From a virus: a stretch of 64,000 nt of DNA. The position numbers and the translations under genes are program-made. Every line of letters begins with the position of its first letter. Positions within the stretch are counted from its first letter, which is position 1. Positions 42,901 to 52,636 of the stretch are shown here, piece by piece. The notes below the pieces were generated by a model. The model made no database searches and was not told the DNA's origin. It saw only the letters and a program-made list of their open reading frames with translations. The stretch is taken from IMG/VR virus record IMGVR_UViG_3300045988_120991, positions 1 through 64,000 of that record. One strand, written 5' to 3'.

Positions 42901-45900
42901 GTGCATTTATAAGGGTGGAGATCCAGTACTAGATAACTGGAAGTTTATTAATTGCTACCATGCGGGGCAGGGCACTACTTCCAATGAATATGGATACGCC
43001 GGTAGAAACATTGATATCATCATGTGCGCGGATGGTAAGAATCAGATTGTTAGCAAGATTCCTCTAGATACAGAATATGTTACAGAACTTATTCTTGGAG
43101 ATGGAACAAAGTATAGCGATGGTTCTGGAAAGGTTAGCTTGACGAGAAATTCTGTGCCAAACAATTGGTTTAATTTAAAAGTCAATATTGCTAGCTCAGA
43201 AAATGCAAACAATGCATTACTTCAGAAGAGATACAATGACTACTTACCATATAAAACTGTCGCTATGGAAAAAGATCCAAAGTGTAAGAATAGCATGGAA
43301 TTTGTAAATTGCGTAATATTCATTAAGGAGACTGACCCTGATATCTCTACACATAGAGAATTTAAGGATAATGATTGGCATTACTACGCTTTGGGCAACA
43401 TCGGTGACTCCAAGAAAACCGATGCAACCAGAGTAAATGATGTAAATGATCTCAAAGAGTTCGTCATTGAAGTAAGTGATAACACTCTTGCAAATAGTAC
43501 GTTCCAAACTGGTGTCACGGATAGTAGTGGTGATATGGTTTATCCTATTACCAAGGAACAATGGAAAGCAGGAAATACTGCTTATGATGCCCTATATAAT
43601 GATTGGGACGGCTCTTTCGAGTTCCGCTATGATATGGGTGGTGAAACCAAAGATGGTGCGAGTTTAGCAACATCTGAAGAAAAAGAAGCACAGAGACTTC
43701 TAAATAAGCAAATATGGCGTGATTTCTATGAGTGGGTTATTACTTCTACTGACGAAGAGTTTGTTTCTAAACTAGGGGATTGGGTTATTAAAGATTCCGC
43801 TCTGTATTGGTATTTGTTCACTGAAAGATATACTATGATTGACAACAGAGCGAAAAACACATTTTGGCACTATGCTAAGTGCTCTGATGGTAAGTATCGT
43901 TTTGAATTGTGGGATTATGATAACGATACAGGCTTGGGAATTAATAACTCAGGTGAGCTAACAATGACTTACGGCAAAGAAGATATAGACTATAAAACAG
44001 ATGGAGATCCATCATCTGGCTACATCTTCAATGCGGCAGATAGTGTATTTTGGTGTCGTATTCGTGATTTGATGAAAAATGATTTAGCAACAATGTATCA
44101 GACTCTTGATAGTAGTGGTTGTTGGAGTGACACTTCTCTAATTAATGAATTTGATAATTGGCAAGCTCAATTCCCAGAAGAACTTTGGAGACTTGATATT
44201 GAGCGTAAGTATTATCGTACATATCAAGGTGGTGGCTTAAATGGTGGTTTAGAGCCAGAGCCAACTCCTCGTTTCCTAGCCTCCATGATGAATGGTCGTA
44301 AGAAGTATCAGCGTAGACAGTTTGAGCGTGACCAAGCTGCTTATATGGGAACAAAATATTTGTCCACAACTATCAAAGCAGACCAAATCATGTTTAGATG
44401 CAACACTCCTTCTGGTGTAGTTGTTGCACCTAATTACACGCTAAACATTGTACCATATTCTGATATGTATTTGTCTGTATTGTTTGGTAATTCTCCAAGT
44501 GCCCAACAGATTCGTGCAAAAGCTGGGCAGACATACGAAATCACCTGCCCACTTACCAAGATGGATGATACAGCAGTACTGATTTATTGTGCTTCTCGTA
44601 TTCAGGCACTAAATGATATTTCTGCTTGTTATATTCACGATAACGACTTCTCAAAGGCTTCCAAGCTTCAGAAACTAATTATCGGTAATAGCACATCTGG
44701 ATATTCTAATCAGTTCTTAACAAACTTAAATCTTGGTAACAATGCACTTTTAGAAGAACTAAATATTCGTAATTGCCCCAATTTGACTGGTTCTATCAAC
44801 CTTTCAAGCTGTGGCAATCTAGAGAAGCTTTATGCCGAAGGTACTTCAATTACTGGTGTATTGTTCGCCTCTAATGGTAAAATTGTCTTGGCTCATCTAC
44901 CAGGAACTATTAATAGTTTGACATTAAAGAATCTGAAGTATCTTACTGATTTATTGGCGACTTATGGGAACCTTGAGTCTTTGACCGTTGAGAATTCTAT
45001 CGTAGACGAATATTCTATTGTTGAGGATGCTATAGACACATTACAAATTTTGAGATTGGTTGGTATTGACTGGACTGTTACAAATACTGATTTGCTAAAC
45101 AAGATTCTTAAGATGAATAGCAGTATGCTTGCCGGTAAGGTCCATATTGCTGGCCAAGCAAGACAGAGAGAATTAGATGCTTATGCGTCTGCATGGCCTG
45201 ATTTAATTGTTACTTATAATGGTATCATTACACAGTACAAAGTTACGTTTATGAACGCAGATGGCACACCAATTAAAGATAAGAAGGGCAATGATTATGT
45301 TCAGTATGTAGACCAAGGTGGAAAGGCTATTGACCCAATTACAAATGGTGATATTAATACTCCTACGATTACTAGTACTGAACAGTACAATTATACCTTC
45401 TCTGGTTGGGATGGCATTGATTCAAATGTAACTTCAGCAATGACTGTTACCGCAAAGTATAATGAGACCGTCAGAACCTATACCGTCCGTTGGTTTAAGC
45501 AGCCTGGTGTTGTTTGGGAAACCAAAGAAAATGTTGAGTATGGCACTGGTGCATGGCCAGACAAGGAAAACCCAACTATGAATGATAATGAGGATTCTTA
45601 TATTTATAATATCTTTACTGGTTGGGATAAAAATACTGGCTTCATTACTGGAAACACTGATGTTTATGCAAAATGGCAAACTCAAAATGGTCTACCTCAG
45701 TCTGGTACAGAGCTAAAAGATATGACTCCTGTTCAGCTATATGCGGTCACAACGGCAGGTAAGACCAATGACTATTTTGAACAGAAGGATTATATTGATG
45801 TCAACATGGGCAATGACTATTCATTTACTAATGTTGCAGAGAACGTTCTAGCAGGAGAGAAGACCTTCGATGGAACTAGTTCTAAAGTTATAGATACTGG

Positions 45901-46927
45901 AATTAAGCTATTTGACGCAGATAGGTCCTTTACCATGGCGATTGATTTTGAGTTTGGTAACAATTCGTTTTCTGATGATACACTGCTATCTTGCTTCGAG
46001 TACGATGGTTCAGAAGGTTTCAGATTGAAGTTCAATGGCACTAGTCCTGAAATTCAGTGGGGTAATTCCAGCCAAGTAGTTGGTTATGGTGCAAAGAGGG
46101 ACCTTGTTGTTTTACGTCATATAAAAGGCGAGGATAAATTATACATCTACTCTTTCAATGCTGGTGCTGGTTCAAGTGACATATATGCAGATGAGATTGA
46201 GTACACCGAGCTGACTCGTAACCGTAGCACTTCTACGGAAGCAACAATTGTTCTTGGTGGATTTAAGTTCTTATCAAATGGTACTATCGACAACATGGGT
46301 AAGGGTTGTATCCATTGGGCAAAGGTATGGCTTGAAGATTTGGGCGATTCTATCGCTAGAGATTTGGCTGCTTGGCCCCATGAAACTATCCGTCTAGAAT
46401 ATTGCGGAAGTGAACGTTATAGATTTGCAAATGACTCTAGTCGTAAGACCGGTGCTTCATTTATTGCAAAAGATTTGCTATCTCACGAGCACAATATGAA
46501 CTCAACGAATACTAATGTTGGTGGTTGGGAAGACACTTCTATGAGACAATTTATGAACTCTAGAGTATATGAAGGATTCCCACTTGTATGGAAGTCAATT
46601 CTTAAGAAGGTACAAGTGCCTACTAGTATTGGCGGAAATTCTACGGAGATTGTATTCTCAAAAGACTATGTTTATGCTCCGTCTTATGTTGAGCTTTCTG
46701 GTATTCAGACAGTACCTTATGTAAACGAAGGTAGTCATATTACGTGGTTTACTGATGATGCTTCAAGAGTAAAGACTAGAAATGGTGTTGCGAAAGGATA
46801 TTATGGTAGATCTGCTATTATCAACTACAATACGTATTTCGTCTATACTAATGAGCAAGGTACATGCAATAACATGTATATAGTGTCGAGCAGAAACAGT
46901 GGTATTTGTATATGTGTTTCAGTGTAA
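39977..46927 (+). CDS. giant multidomain fibre/receptor-binding protein (2316 aa)
   Basis: Single open frame with a strong RBS. Fibre N-terminus plus GKGLSTNDYTTPEKNKLSGI. Then a CotH-like signature (FWHYAKCSDGKYRFELWDYDNDTGLG), LRRs near 44650-45000, two YxVxF...GW...YAKW repeats and a C-terminal lectin-like region. Confidence 0.8.
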   Translation: MAYINKVTVRGRTYNLENLTDGTHIVRLPTLSGDDVFVTEKTLQTGVKASELTDGTHTVSLPKNLTKDDTFVLQSAQDKVNNTKVDKVNGKGLSTNDYTTPEKNKLSGIEDGANKYIHPIYNARVSGLYKITVDSTGHVSDVSEVTKDDITGLGITDGTDAVTQANAYTNKTISEYEPYSIEVVDTLPESGEDRTFYLVPNESKTGYTKYWWITDNGEQKWDEFKGASTVVVTELPTTGEKETDYILHSDAGCFYYKWIDNEWKMVAGTVAHIVNELPQIGNEYSDYYVKNTDDSYVHYRYIDGAFCIIGGDTYNKTQVDNKISTLKTDIDSNTTNITSLSRTVDGIRQDLDSLDTEGYTYYATYGNATLATGDEAENVFTLYEVKNEKEEVKSQFVITGGGGGGTTTTTLKVERITESPIIVTTTDKVEISFNYSSTDSDGESVDGTCTWKLGNTVLSTGALVQGVNTFDMTEHVNIGTQKFVLTVVDAAGSVAVKSWTVQKVDVRLESSFSDKIAYEANKSVNFTYTPYGAINKTVHFVLDGAEIGTVATSSSGTLQSYTLPAQEHGAHLLECYITATINGKSVETDHIFKDIIWYDENSETPVIGCVYRYDHYGKVEAKQYNSTNIPFYVFDPKTETPTITRSVDGKVIATQTMSGTSDVWAYKSSDIGEHTLTITCKSTTLTIVMDIKELGITIEPITANLAFDFNPTGLSNSDEDRLWKDNSTNVTMTVSDNFDWSNGGYQIDSDGNQYFCVKAGTTATINYNLFERDANTYGSEFKCIFKTTNVRKANATFLTCQADSTVVGLEMNVHEAYLRSSIKSLYIPYSEEDVIEFEFNINSLDKDNPDATAIIMSYEDGVGLRPMIYDSTHRLYQYEPVPITIGSTDCDVHIYRMKAYTSALTDSNILSNFIADARDSDEMIARYNRNQIYDENNALTPESVANACPQLRVIKIECPHFTNDKKDYVKGTNVECIYKGGDPVLDNWKFINCYHAGQGTTSNEYGYAGRNIDIIMCADGKNQIVSKIPLDTEYVTELILGDGTKYSDGSGKVSLTRNSVPNNWFNLKVNIASSENANNALLQKRYNDYLPYKTVAMEKDPKCKNSMEFVNCVIFIKETDPDISTHREFKDNDWHYYALGNIGDSKKTDATRVNDVNDLKEFVIEVSDNTLANSTFQTGVTDSSGDMVYPITKEQWKAGNTAYDALYNDWDGSFEFRYDMGGETKDGASLATSEEKEAQRLLNKQIWRDFYEWVITSTDEEFVSKLGDWVIKDSALYWYLFTERYTMIDNRAKNTFWHYAKCSDGKYRFELWDYDNDTGLGINNSGELTMTYGKEDIDYKTDGDPSSGYIFNAADSVFWCRIRDLMKNDLATMYQTLDSSGCWSDTSLINEFDNWQAQFPEELWRLDIERKYYRTYQGGGLNGGLEPEPTPRFLASMMNGRKKYQRRQFERDQAAYMGTKYLSTTIKADQIMFRCNTPSGVVVAPNYTLNIVPYSDMYLSVLFGNSPSAQQIRAKAGQTYEITCPLTKMDDTAVLIYCASRIQALNDISACYIHDNDFSKASKLQKLIIGNSTSGYSNQFLTNLNLGNNALLEELNIRNCPNLTGSINLSSCGNLEKLYAEGTSITGVLFASNGKIVLAHLPGTINSLTLKNLKYLTDLLATYGNLESLTVENSIVDEYSIVEDAIDTLQILRLVGIDWTVTNTDLLNKILKMNSSMLAGKVHIAGQARQRELDAYASAWPDLIVTYNGIITQYKVTFMNADGTPIKDKKGNDYVQYVDQGGKAIDPITNGDINTPTITSTEQYNYTFSGWDGIDSNVTSAMTVTAKYNETVRTYTVRWFKQPGVVWETKENVEYGTGAWPDKENPTMNDNEDSYIYNIFTGWDKNTGFITGNTDVYAKWQTQNGLPQSGTELKDMTPVQLYAVTTAGKTNDYFEQKDYIDVNMGNDYSFTNVAENVLAGEKTFDGTSSKVIDTGIKLFDADRSFTMAIDFEFGNNSFSDDTLLSCFEYDGSEGFRLKFNGTSPEIQWGNSSQVVGYGAKRDLVVLRHIKGEDKLYIYSFNAGAGSSDIYADEIEYTELTRNRSTSTEATIVLGGFKFLSNGTIDNMGKGCIHWAKVWLEDLGDSIARDLAAWPHETIRLEYCGSERYRFANDSSRKTGASFIAKDLLSHEHNMNSTNTNVGGWEDTSMRQFMNSRVYEGFPLVWKSILKKVQVPTSIGGNSTEIVFSKDYVYAPSYVELSGIQTVPYVNEGSHITWFTDDASRVKTRNGVAKGYYGRSAIINYNTYFVYTNEQGTCNNMYIVSSRNSGICICVSV

Positions 46928-46941
46928 TGAGGTGAAGAATT

Positions 46942-47679
46942 ATGAGATATTATAAGATTATTATTAATAACGAAATTGTTGGAATTGGTACAACAATAGA
47001 CTTAAGAAAGTTCCAAAAGAAGCATGAAATCTTTTTGTCTTGTGATGAATCTGAAGCACAGTACATTCAGTATAAAGAAAAAATGTATCATGCTGTATGG
47101 ATGCTACCAGTGGCTACAGAAGGGTTTTTAGTGGCTGATGTTGTAGAAGTCCAACAGGATGAGTACGAAACGCTTTTGTCTGCAATGGAATCAAATGAAA
47201 CGATTGAGATTGTTCCAGATGAGGAAGCAGACAATGATGATTATGTTGACGAAAATGACAAAATTACTATTGATTATGTAAAAAAGTCGAAAATTAACGA
47301 AATGAAGGCAACTTGTAACAAGATGATTACAAATGGTTTTGATATAAAGCTAAGTGATGGAGAATCTCATCATTTTTCACTTACCATACAAGACCAACTA
47401 AACTTGATTACATCTTCTCAAATGATTTTAGACGGAATTCAAACAATTCCATATCATGCAGATGGGGAACTTTGCAAGTATTATTCTATTACAGACATGG
47501 ATCAGGTCGTTAGTATGGCAAACTCTTTTAAAACATATCATGTGGCATATTTTAATTCATTGAAGTCATATATCAATTCATTACAAGATATAAATAAAAT
47601 TTCAGCCATATCTTATGGCGATGATATTCCAGTTAAATATCAATCAGAAGTTTATATTGCACTAAAATATGAATTTTGA
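46942..47679 (+). CDS. hypothetical fibre-associated protein (possible DUF4376-like assembly factor)
   Basis: Sits between fibre genes. The KINEMKATCNKMITNGFD...FSLTIQDQLNL pattern is recalled from fibre-adjacent proteins. Confidence 0.45.
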   Translation: MRYYKIIINNEIVGIGTTIDLRKFQKKHEIFLSCDESEAQYIQYKEKMYHAVWMLPVATEGFLVADVVEVQQDEYETLLSAMESNETIEIVPDEEADNDDYVDENDKITIDYVKKSKINEMKATCNKMITNGFDIKLSDGESHHFSLTIQDQLNLITSSQMILDGIQTIPYHADGELCKYYSITDMDQVVSMANSFKTYHVAYFNSLKSYINSLQDINKISAISYGDDIPVKYQSEVYIALKYEF

Positions 47680-47697
47680 TTATAAGAAGAAACACTA

Positions 47698-47727
47698 ACG
47701 AGAGGTGCTTATGTGCCTCTCGTTTTT
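47698..47727 (+). terminator. rho-independent terminator
   Basis: ACGAGAGG...CCTCTCGT stem followed by TTTTT. Confidence 0.75.
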
Positions 47728-47751
47728 GTAATTCATAGTGGAGGTGAAAAA

Positions 47752-48921
47752 ATGTCCTACATAAATACTATTGATATTAATGGAGTAGTATATAATTTAG
47801 GTAGTTTAACTGACGGTAATTATGAAGTTAATTTACCAAATTTAAAAAATAATGATGTTTTCTTATTGCAAGGAGATGTTGTTAGTAATTTGGTTACACA
47901 GTCAAATAAGCCACTTGCTGCAAGTCAAGGCAAGATTCTTAATGACAAGATTAGTGCATTAAGTGAAAGTTCCACAAATCAAGGAACAAGTCTTAAAAGT
48001 GATATTGCCCAGTTAAGGACAGATATGACAACGGGAGATTCTACAACACTATCTAATGCAAAGTCATATGCAGATGGACTAAAATCAGCATCCGATAAAA
48101 AGGACACGGAACTTGATGGTGAAATTACAGCCCTCAGAACAGACATGGGTACTAATGATACGTCAACATTAACATCCGCAAAATCATATACTGACACAAA
48201 GTGCGGGGATACATTGGTTTCTGCAAAAACATATTCGGACAATGGTTTTATAAATAAAACAAATATAGTTGACAATCTTACTACTGATTCTGCTGACAAG
48301 GTTTTATCTGCAAAACAAGGCAAAGTGTTAGAAGATAAAAAGTTTAATAAGGTGGGTGGAACTATTTCTGGAGCAGTAACTATAAATGGCACTCTTACAA
48401 TTGGTGGTTCTAATGGGATTAGTGTTAGTAAGGTTCCGACTGCAAACAATGATGTGGTAAATAAGAAATACGTTGATGACAAAATTTCTGGCTATAGTAT
48501 AGCTGATAATTCGATAACAACTGCAATGATTGTTGATGGTGCAATTACAAAGGCAAAACTAGGAACGGACATTACTTTAGACTCAAGTGAAATTGGTACA
48601 ACAACCGAAGGTTGGACATATATAAAAATGAGTAATGGTGTTGCGATTGCCTGGGGTAGTTTTGAAAATAGTGCCGGAGTTGGTTCTAATGGTGAGTTTT
48701 CTGAAGCATATCCAACCGGATTGTTTATAAATGCACCAGCTTGTACACCATTTTTGTATGCAAGTGGGCAAGATGTTATCCAATTTAGTAAAGATGCTGG
48801 TGATAAGGATAATACACCAAAGATTGGTGTTCACTTATTGAGTTCAATACTTAACCCGGGCACTTCAGAAGCATTGGGAACTATCAAAATTGACTATATT
48901 GCAATTGGTAAATGGAAATAA
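47752..48921 (+). CDS. tail fibre protein
   Basis: Start ATG at 47752 (GGAGGTGA upstream). The N-terminus MSYINTIDINGVVYNLGSLTDG parallels the N-terminus of the 2316-aa protein. Confidence 0.7.
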   Translation: MSYINTIDINGVVYNLGSLTDGNYEVNLPNLKNNDVFLLQGDVVSNLVTQSNKPLAASQGKILNDKISALSESSTNQGTSLKSDIAQLRTDMTTGDSTTLSNAKSYADGLKSASDKKDTELDGEITALRTDMGTNDTSTLTSAKSYTDTKCGDTLVSAKTYSDNGFINKTNIVDNLTTDSADKVLSAKQGKVLEDKKFNKVGGTISGAVTINGTLTIGGSNGISVSKVPTANNDVVNKKYVDDKISGYSIADNSITTAMIVDGAITKAKLGTDITLDSSEIGTTTEGWTYIKMSNGVAIAWGSFENSAGVGSNGEFSEAYPTGLFINAPACTPFLYASGQDVIQFSKDAGDKDNTPKIGVHLLSSILNPGTSEALGTIKIDYIAIGKWK

Positions 48922-48982
48922 TTTTCAATAAATTTATCGGCATATGTCGGTATTTTTATTTTGTATTAAGGAGGTAACACAA

Positions 48983-49864
48983 GTGGCAAACAAGACATTT
49001 AATACCCGCATTAAGAATAAGCGGGATACGAGTGCGAACTGGACTAGCAAAGACCCTGTTTTGTTAGATGGCGAACTCATTATTGTTGACACAGCAAGTG
49101 GTGAAGTGAGATTTAAAATTGGTGATGGCACTAAGAAGTACTCACAGTTGCCATTCCAAGATGAGATTTTAAGAAATTCAAAAGTAGATTTGGACGCTGG
49201 TGTATATACTGCTACTGCTTCAAGCACTGATGGTATAGCATATTCTGCTACTGTTCCCGGTATTACTGCTTTAACCGCTGGCGCTAGTTTTATTATGATT
49301 CCAAATAAAGCAAGTACAAGCAAGGCACCAACATTAAATGTTAACGGATTAGGCGCAAAGCCAATTAGGCGCAGACTAAGCTCTCTAACAACTAGCTTAC
49401 AGCAAGGATATAGTACTAACTGGATTGCCCTCAATAAGCCGTTTATTGTAGTATATGATGGTATAGCATGGGTTGTTGAAGGTCTGACAAAAACTGATGG
49501 TGCAGATGTGTATGGAGCGGTTGCACAAGCTACGGCAGATGCGAACGGAAACAACATTGCAAAGACATATGCTACGATTGTTATGCTGCAAAGTCTGTTG
49601 CCAAAGGTCACAACAATTACACTGACATCTAATTGGGTTGGAGGTGCAAGCCCATATTATCAGGATGTTGCACTAAGTTGTGTAACAGAGACAAGCATTG
49701 TTGATTTGCAGCCAACGCCAGAGCAGCTTAACTCTTGGCAGGATGATGGGATTGCATTTACAACTTTGAGCGGAAATGGTACTGTGCGTGTTTATGTAGC
49801 TGGCGGTAAGCCAAGCAGCGCAATTTCAGTACAAGTTAGAGTACAGGAGGTGACAGTTATATGA
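48983..49864 (+). CDS. tail fibre protein with HylP/Mtd-type N-terminal domain
   Basis: GTG at 48983 after AAGGAGG. ANKTFNTRIKNKRDTSANWTSKDPVLLDGE..FKIGDGTKKY. Confidence 0.7.
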   Translation: MANKTFNTRIKNKRDTSANWTSKDPVLLDGELIIVDTASGEVRFKIGDGTKKYSQLPFQDEILRNSKVDLDAGVYTATASSTDGIAYSATVPGITALTAGASFIMIPNKASTSKAPTLNVNGLGAKPIRRRLSSLTTSLQQGYSTNWIALNKPFIVVYDGIAWVVEGLTKTDGADVYGAVAQATADANGNNIAKTYATIVMLQSLLPKVTTITLTSNWVGGASPYYQDVALSCVTETSIVDLQPTPEQLNSWQDDGIAFTTLSGNGTVRVYVAGGKPSSAISVQVRVQEVTVI

Positions 49865-50061
49865 GTGGTTTATACGGAAATGTATGTGGAGGATTTGGTA
49901 ATCCCAAGACATATGTTTTAACAGATAAAAACGGAAAAGAAATCACTGGTGTTCTAGTTGATAATTTGACTGTCTTTACCGCTACCCCTGAAGATGTTCG
50001 TTTTGGTAAGGTGTTTGCCGGAGATGAAGGCGTAAAGACAGGAACGAATACGTCAATTTAA
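49861..50061 (+). CDS. hypothetical protein (66 aa)
   Basis: ATGA overlap with the upstream gene. AGGAGGTGA upstream. Confidence 0.65.
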   Translation: MSGLYGNVCGGFGNPKTYVLTDKNGKEITGVLVDNLTVFTATPEDVRFGKVFAGDEGVKTGTNTSI

Positions 50062-50110
50062 TAAATTGTTAAACTAATGATAAAGCTTTATTTTAAGGGA
50101 GGAATTTTTT

Positions 50111-51805
50111 ATGCCTAATGGCGATTTTGAGCCTATGTATTCTACTAATAACATATGGTACGATACTTATACAGCGCAGTGCCTCACAAATCATCTTGAA
50201 GATATGGAGGCAGATATTGATACATTACAAACCGGCAAAGCAAATGTAAATCATACGCATAACGAATATTCTCCAATTAACCATGAGCATTCTGAATATG
50301 CTCTGGTAAATCATTCTCATACTGGATATGCTCTTATTGGACATACCCATAGTTATAATGACTTAGAAGATAAGCCAGTTATCCCGACTACTCTTCCTGC
50401 GAATGGCGGCAATTCCGATACTGTAGATGGCAAACATGCCGCAGATTTTGCGACTGTGGAATCAGTAGATATGCTTCAAACCCTTGTTGGAAGTACTAGT
50501 GTCCAGTCTCAGATATCAACTGCAGTTGGTACTATAACTCCGACTAGTATTGGTGCAGCAGAAGAAGATCATGTTCATAACTATAACGATTTAACGAATA
50601 AGCCAACTTCACTCCCGGCTAATGGTGGAAATGCGGACACCGTGGATGGTAAACACGCAAATGACTTTGCCACCGCCGAATCAATGAGTGCCATGGAAAC
50701 TTTAGTTGGCAGCACAAGCGTACAATCGCAGATATCTAACGCAATTGATAATCATACACATAGTTATAATAATCTGACAGATAAACCAACGTCATTGCCA
50801 GCAAACGGAGGCAACGCAGATACAGTAGATGGTAAACATGCTAGTGATTTTGCAACATCTGCTGATATTACCATGCTTCAAAATTTAGTTGGTGACACGG
50901 CTGTTCCTACGCAAATTAATAATGCTATCACTTCTGCCACTAGTGATTTGTCAGATACATATGCTACAAAAGCAAATCCTAAATTTGAAAATAGTATTAG
51001 TATGAATAGAGAAACATGGTCTACTGTCGGAACTAATAGTATTGCTATAGGAAATTATTGCCAAGCAAGTGGAAATTATTCTTATGCCGAAGGGTATTTT
51101 TCAAAAGCGACTACTTCGGAAAGCGTAACTCCAACTAGCTCAAATTCTTCAGATTTAGGGTATTGTTGTCATGCAGAAGGTTATTTTTCTGTAGCTCGTG
51201 GCGCAATTTCTCATGCGGAAGGTAATGGAACATTAGCATCAGGTGGCAATTCTCATTCTGAAGGTTGTAGTACTACTGCGAGTGGTGAATGTTCACATGC
51301 AGAAGGATATCATACTACAGCATCTGGAAAGAATGCACACGCAGAAGGTATTTCAACAAAGGCGACCGGGGATTATACTCATGCCGAAGGGTATTATAGT
51401 GAAGCTACAAAGAATTATGCACACGCGGAAGGATGCCAGACTGTAGCGAGTGGCACATCATCACATGCAGAAGGGGCGAACACAATTGCTTCTGGGTATC
51501 ATTCTCACGCGGAGGGTGATGAAACAATTGCACAAACCTTAAGCCAACATGTAGAGGGTGCATATAATATACCGGATTCAGGAGGCAGTGTGTCTAGATA
51601 TGGTAAATATCTTCATATTGCTGGTAATGGTTCTAATTTGGCTCGTTCCAATGCTTACACTCTAGATTGGGATGGCAATGGTTGGTTTGCAGGAACTATT
51701 GAGGGGACGGCTATGATTTTAAAATCTTCAACACCAAATAGCACAAAACGATTTAAAATCACTGTTGACGATAGTGGCGCTATAAGTACGACAGAGATAA
51801 ATTAA
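50111..51805 (+). CDS. tail fibre with HxH cluster, three tandem modules and YadA-head-like (S/A)HAEG repeats
   Basis: NHTHNEYSPINHEHSEYALVNHSHTGYALIGHTHSY. Three copies of KPTSLPANGGNADTVDGKHA.DFAT. About 10 copies of xHAEGxxTxASG. Confidence 0.75.
   Translation: MPNGDFEPMYSTNNIWYDTYTAQCLTNHLEDMEADIDTLQTGKANVNHTHNEYSPINHEHSEYALVNHSHTGYALIGHTHSYNDLEDKPVIPTTLPANGGNSDTVDGKHAADFATVESVDMLQTLVGSTSVQSQISTAVGTITPTSIGAAEEDHVHNYNDLTNKPTSLPANGGNADTVDGKHANDFATAESMSAMETLVGSTSVQSQISNAIDNHTHSYNNLTDKPTSLPANGGNADTVDGKHASDFATSADITMLQNLVGDTAVPTQINNAITSATSDLSDTYATKANPKFENSISMNRETWSTVGTNSIAIGNYCQASGNYSYAEGYFSKATTSESVTPTSSNSSDLGYCCHAEGYFSVARGAISHAEGNGTLASGGNSHSEGCSTTASGECSHAEGYHTTASGKNAHAEGISTKATGDYTHAEGYYSEATKNYAHAEGCQTVASGTSSHAEGANTIASGYHSHAEGDETIAQTLSQHVEGAYNIPDSGGSVSRYGKYLHIAGNGSNLARSNAYTLDWDGNGWFAGTIEGTAMILKSSTPNSTKRFKITVDDSGAISTTEIN
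50348..50935 (+). repeat. three tandem in-frame coding repeats (~61-76 aa units)
   Basis: Units start at 50348, 50576 and 50759 (H-S/N-Y-N-D/N-L...KP..LPANGGN.DTVDGKHA.DFAT...LVG.T.V..QI). Confidence 0.8.
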
Positions 51806-51811
51806 GTACAC

Positions 51812-51838
51812 GGGCGGAGCCAATAACTCCGCCCTTTT
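51812..51838 (+). terminator. rho-independent terminator
   Basis: GGGCGGAG-N7-CTCCGCCC followed by TTTT. Confidence 0.8.
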
Positions 51839-51869
51839 AAATATTAAAAATAAGGAGGATGATGTAAAA

Positions 51870-52622
51870 GTGTCAACAAAGAAATTACAGATAGTAACTC
51901 CTATCGTGACATCTGTCAACGGCGAGACAGGTGATGTAGAATTAAATAGCCTAAAAAACCCGAACGCACTAACTTTTACTGGCGGAGTAACTGGCACTTA
52001 TGATGGTTCTTCTGCTAAAACAGTTGCAATTCCAGTGGTTGATTCTGCGTTGTCAACTACGTCTACCAATGCTATTCAAAATAAAGCCGTAAAAACTGCT
52101 CTTGATGGAAAAGCAAACTCTACCCATACTCACGATGAATATCTATCTCACCCAATTCAGCTCCAAGAAACTACCGACTATGGTTCAACCTTACCATCAA
52201 ACCCAACTAACGGTCGTCTATTTTTTCAAGAGACTTCTGTTACGAGTTTAATTGATTTAGTTTATCCTGTTGGTGCAGTATATATCTCAATGAATCAGAC
52301 TTCGCCACAGACACTATTTGGTGGTACTTGGACTCAAATTCAGGGAAGATTCCTAATTGGTGCGGGGACCGCTTATCCTGCTGGTTCAACTGGCGGCGAA
52401 GCAACACACACGTTAACAAAAGATGAAATTCCAGACCACACACATAGCTTCAAATATACTGGGCAATCTGCAACAACTGGTGTTAATGCCATTCGTTTGT
52501 ATCAGGCGGCATCTAACCAGTATAATGCTTATTCTGGCGGCCAGTCATCCAACTGTGGTGGCCAAGCACATAACAACCTTCCTCCATATATGGCAGTCTA
52601 CATGTGGACGAGAACTGCTTAA
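51870..52622 (+). CDS. tail fibre/baseplate protein with conserved C-terminal GGxATHTLTxxExPxHxH domain
   Basis: GTG start after AAGGAGG. VGAVYISMNQTSPQTLFGGTWTQIQGRFLIGAG...GGEATHTLTKDEIPDHTHSF...AHNNLPPYMAVYMW. Confidence 0.7.
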   Translation: MSTKKLQIVTPIVTSVNGETGDVELNSLKNPNALTFTGGVTGTYDGSSAKTVAIPVVDSALSTTSTNAIQNKAVKTALDGKANSTHTHDEYLSHPIQLQETTDYGSTLPSNPTNGRLFFQETSVTSLIDLVYPVGAVYISMNQTSPQTLFGGTWTQIQGRFLIGAGTAYPAGSTGGEATHTLTKDEIPDHTHSFKYTGQSATTGVNAIRLYQAASNQYNAYSGGQSSNCGGQAHNNLPPYMAVYMWTRTA

Positions 52623-52636
52623 GGAGGTGCATTTAA

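Noticed and set aside
47979-49611. 167-aa and 225-aa - strand ORFs inside the fibre genes
   Set aside because: The fibre codon bias (GCT/ACT/GGT) keeps the antisense frame open. They lack an RBS, and both overlap strongly supported + strand fibre genes.
35171-49864. Diversity-generating retroelement, suggested by the Mtd-type N-terminal domains
   Set aside because: No reverse transcriptase gene and no template/variable repeat pair with adenine-specific differences is visible in this window. The Mtd-like region is the conserved N-adaptor, not a C-type-lectin variable tip.
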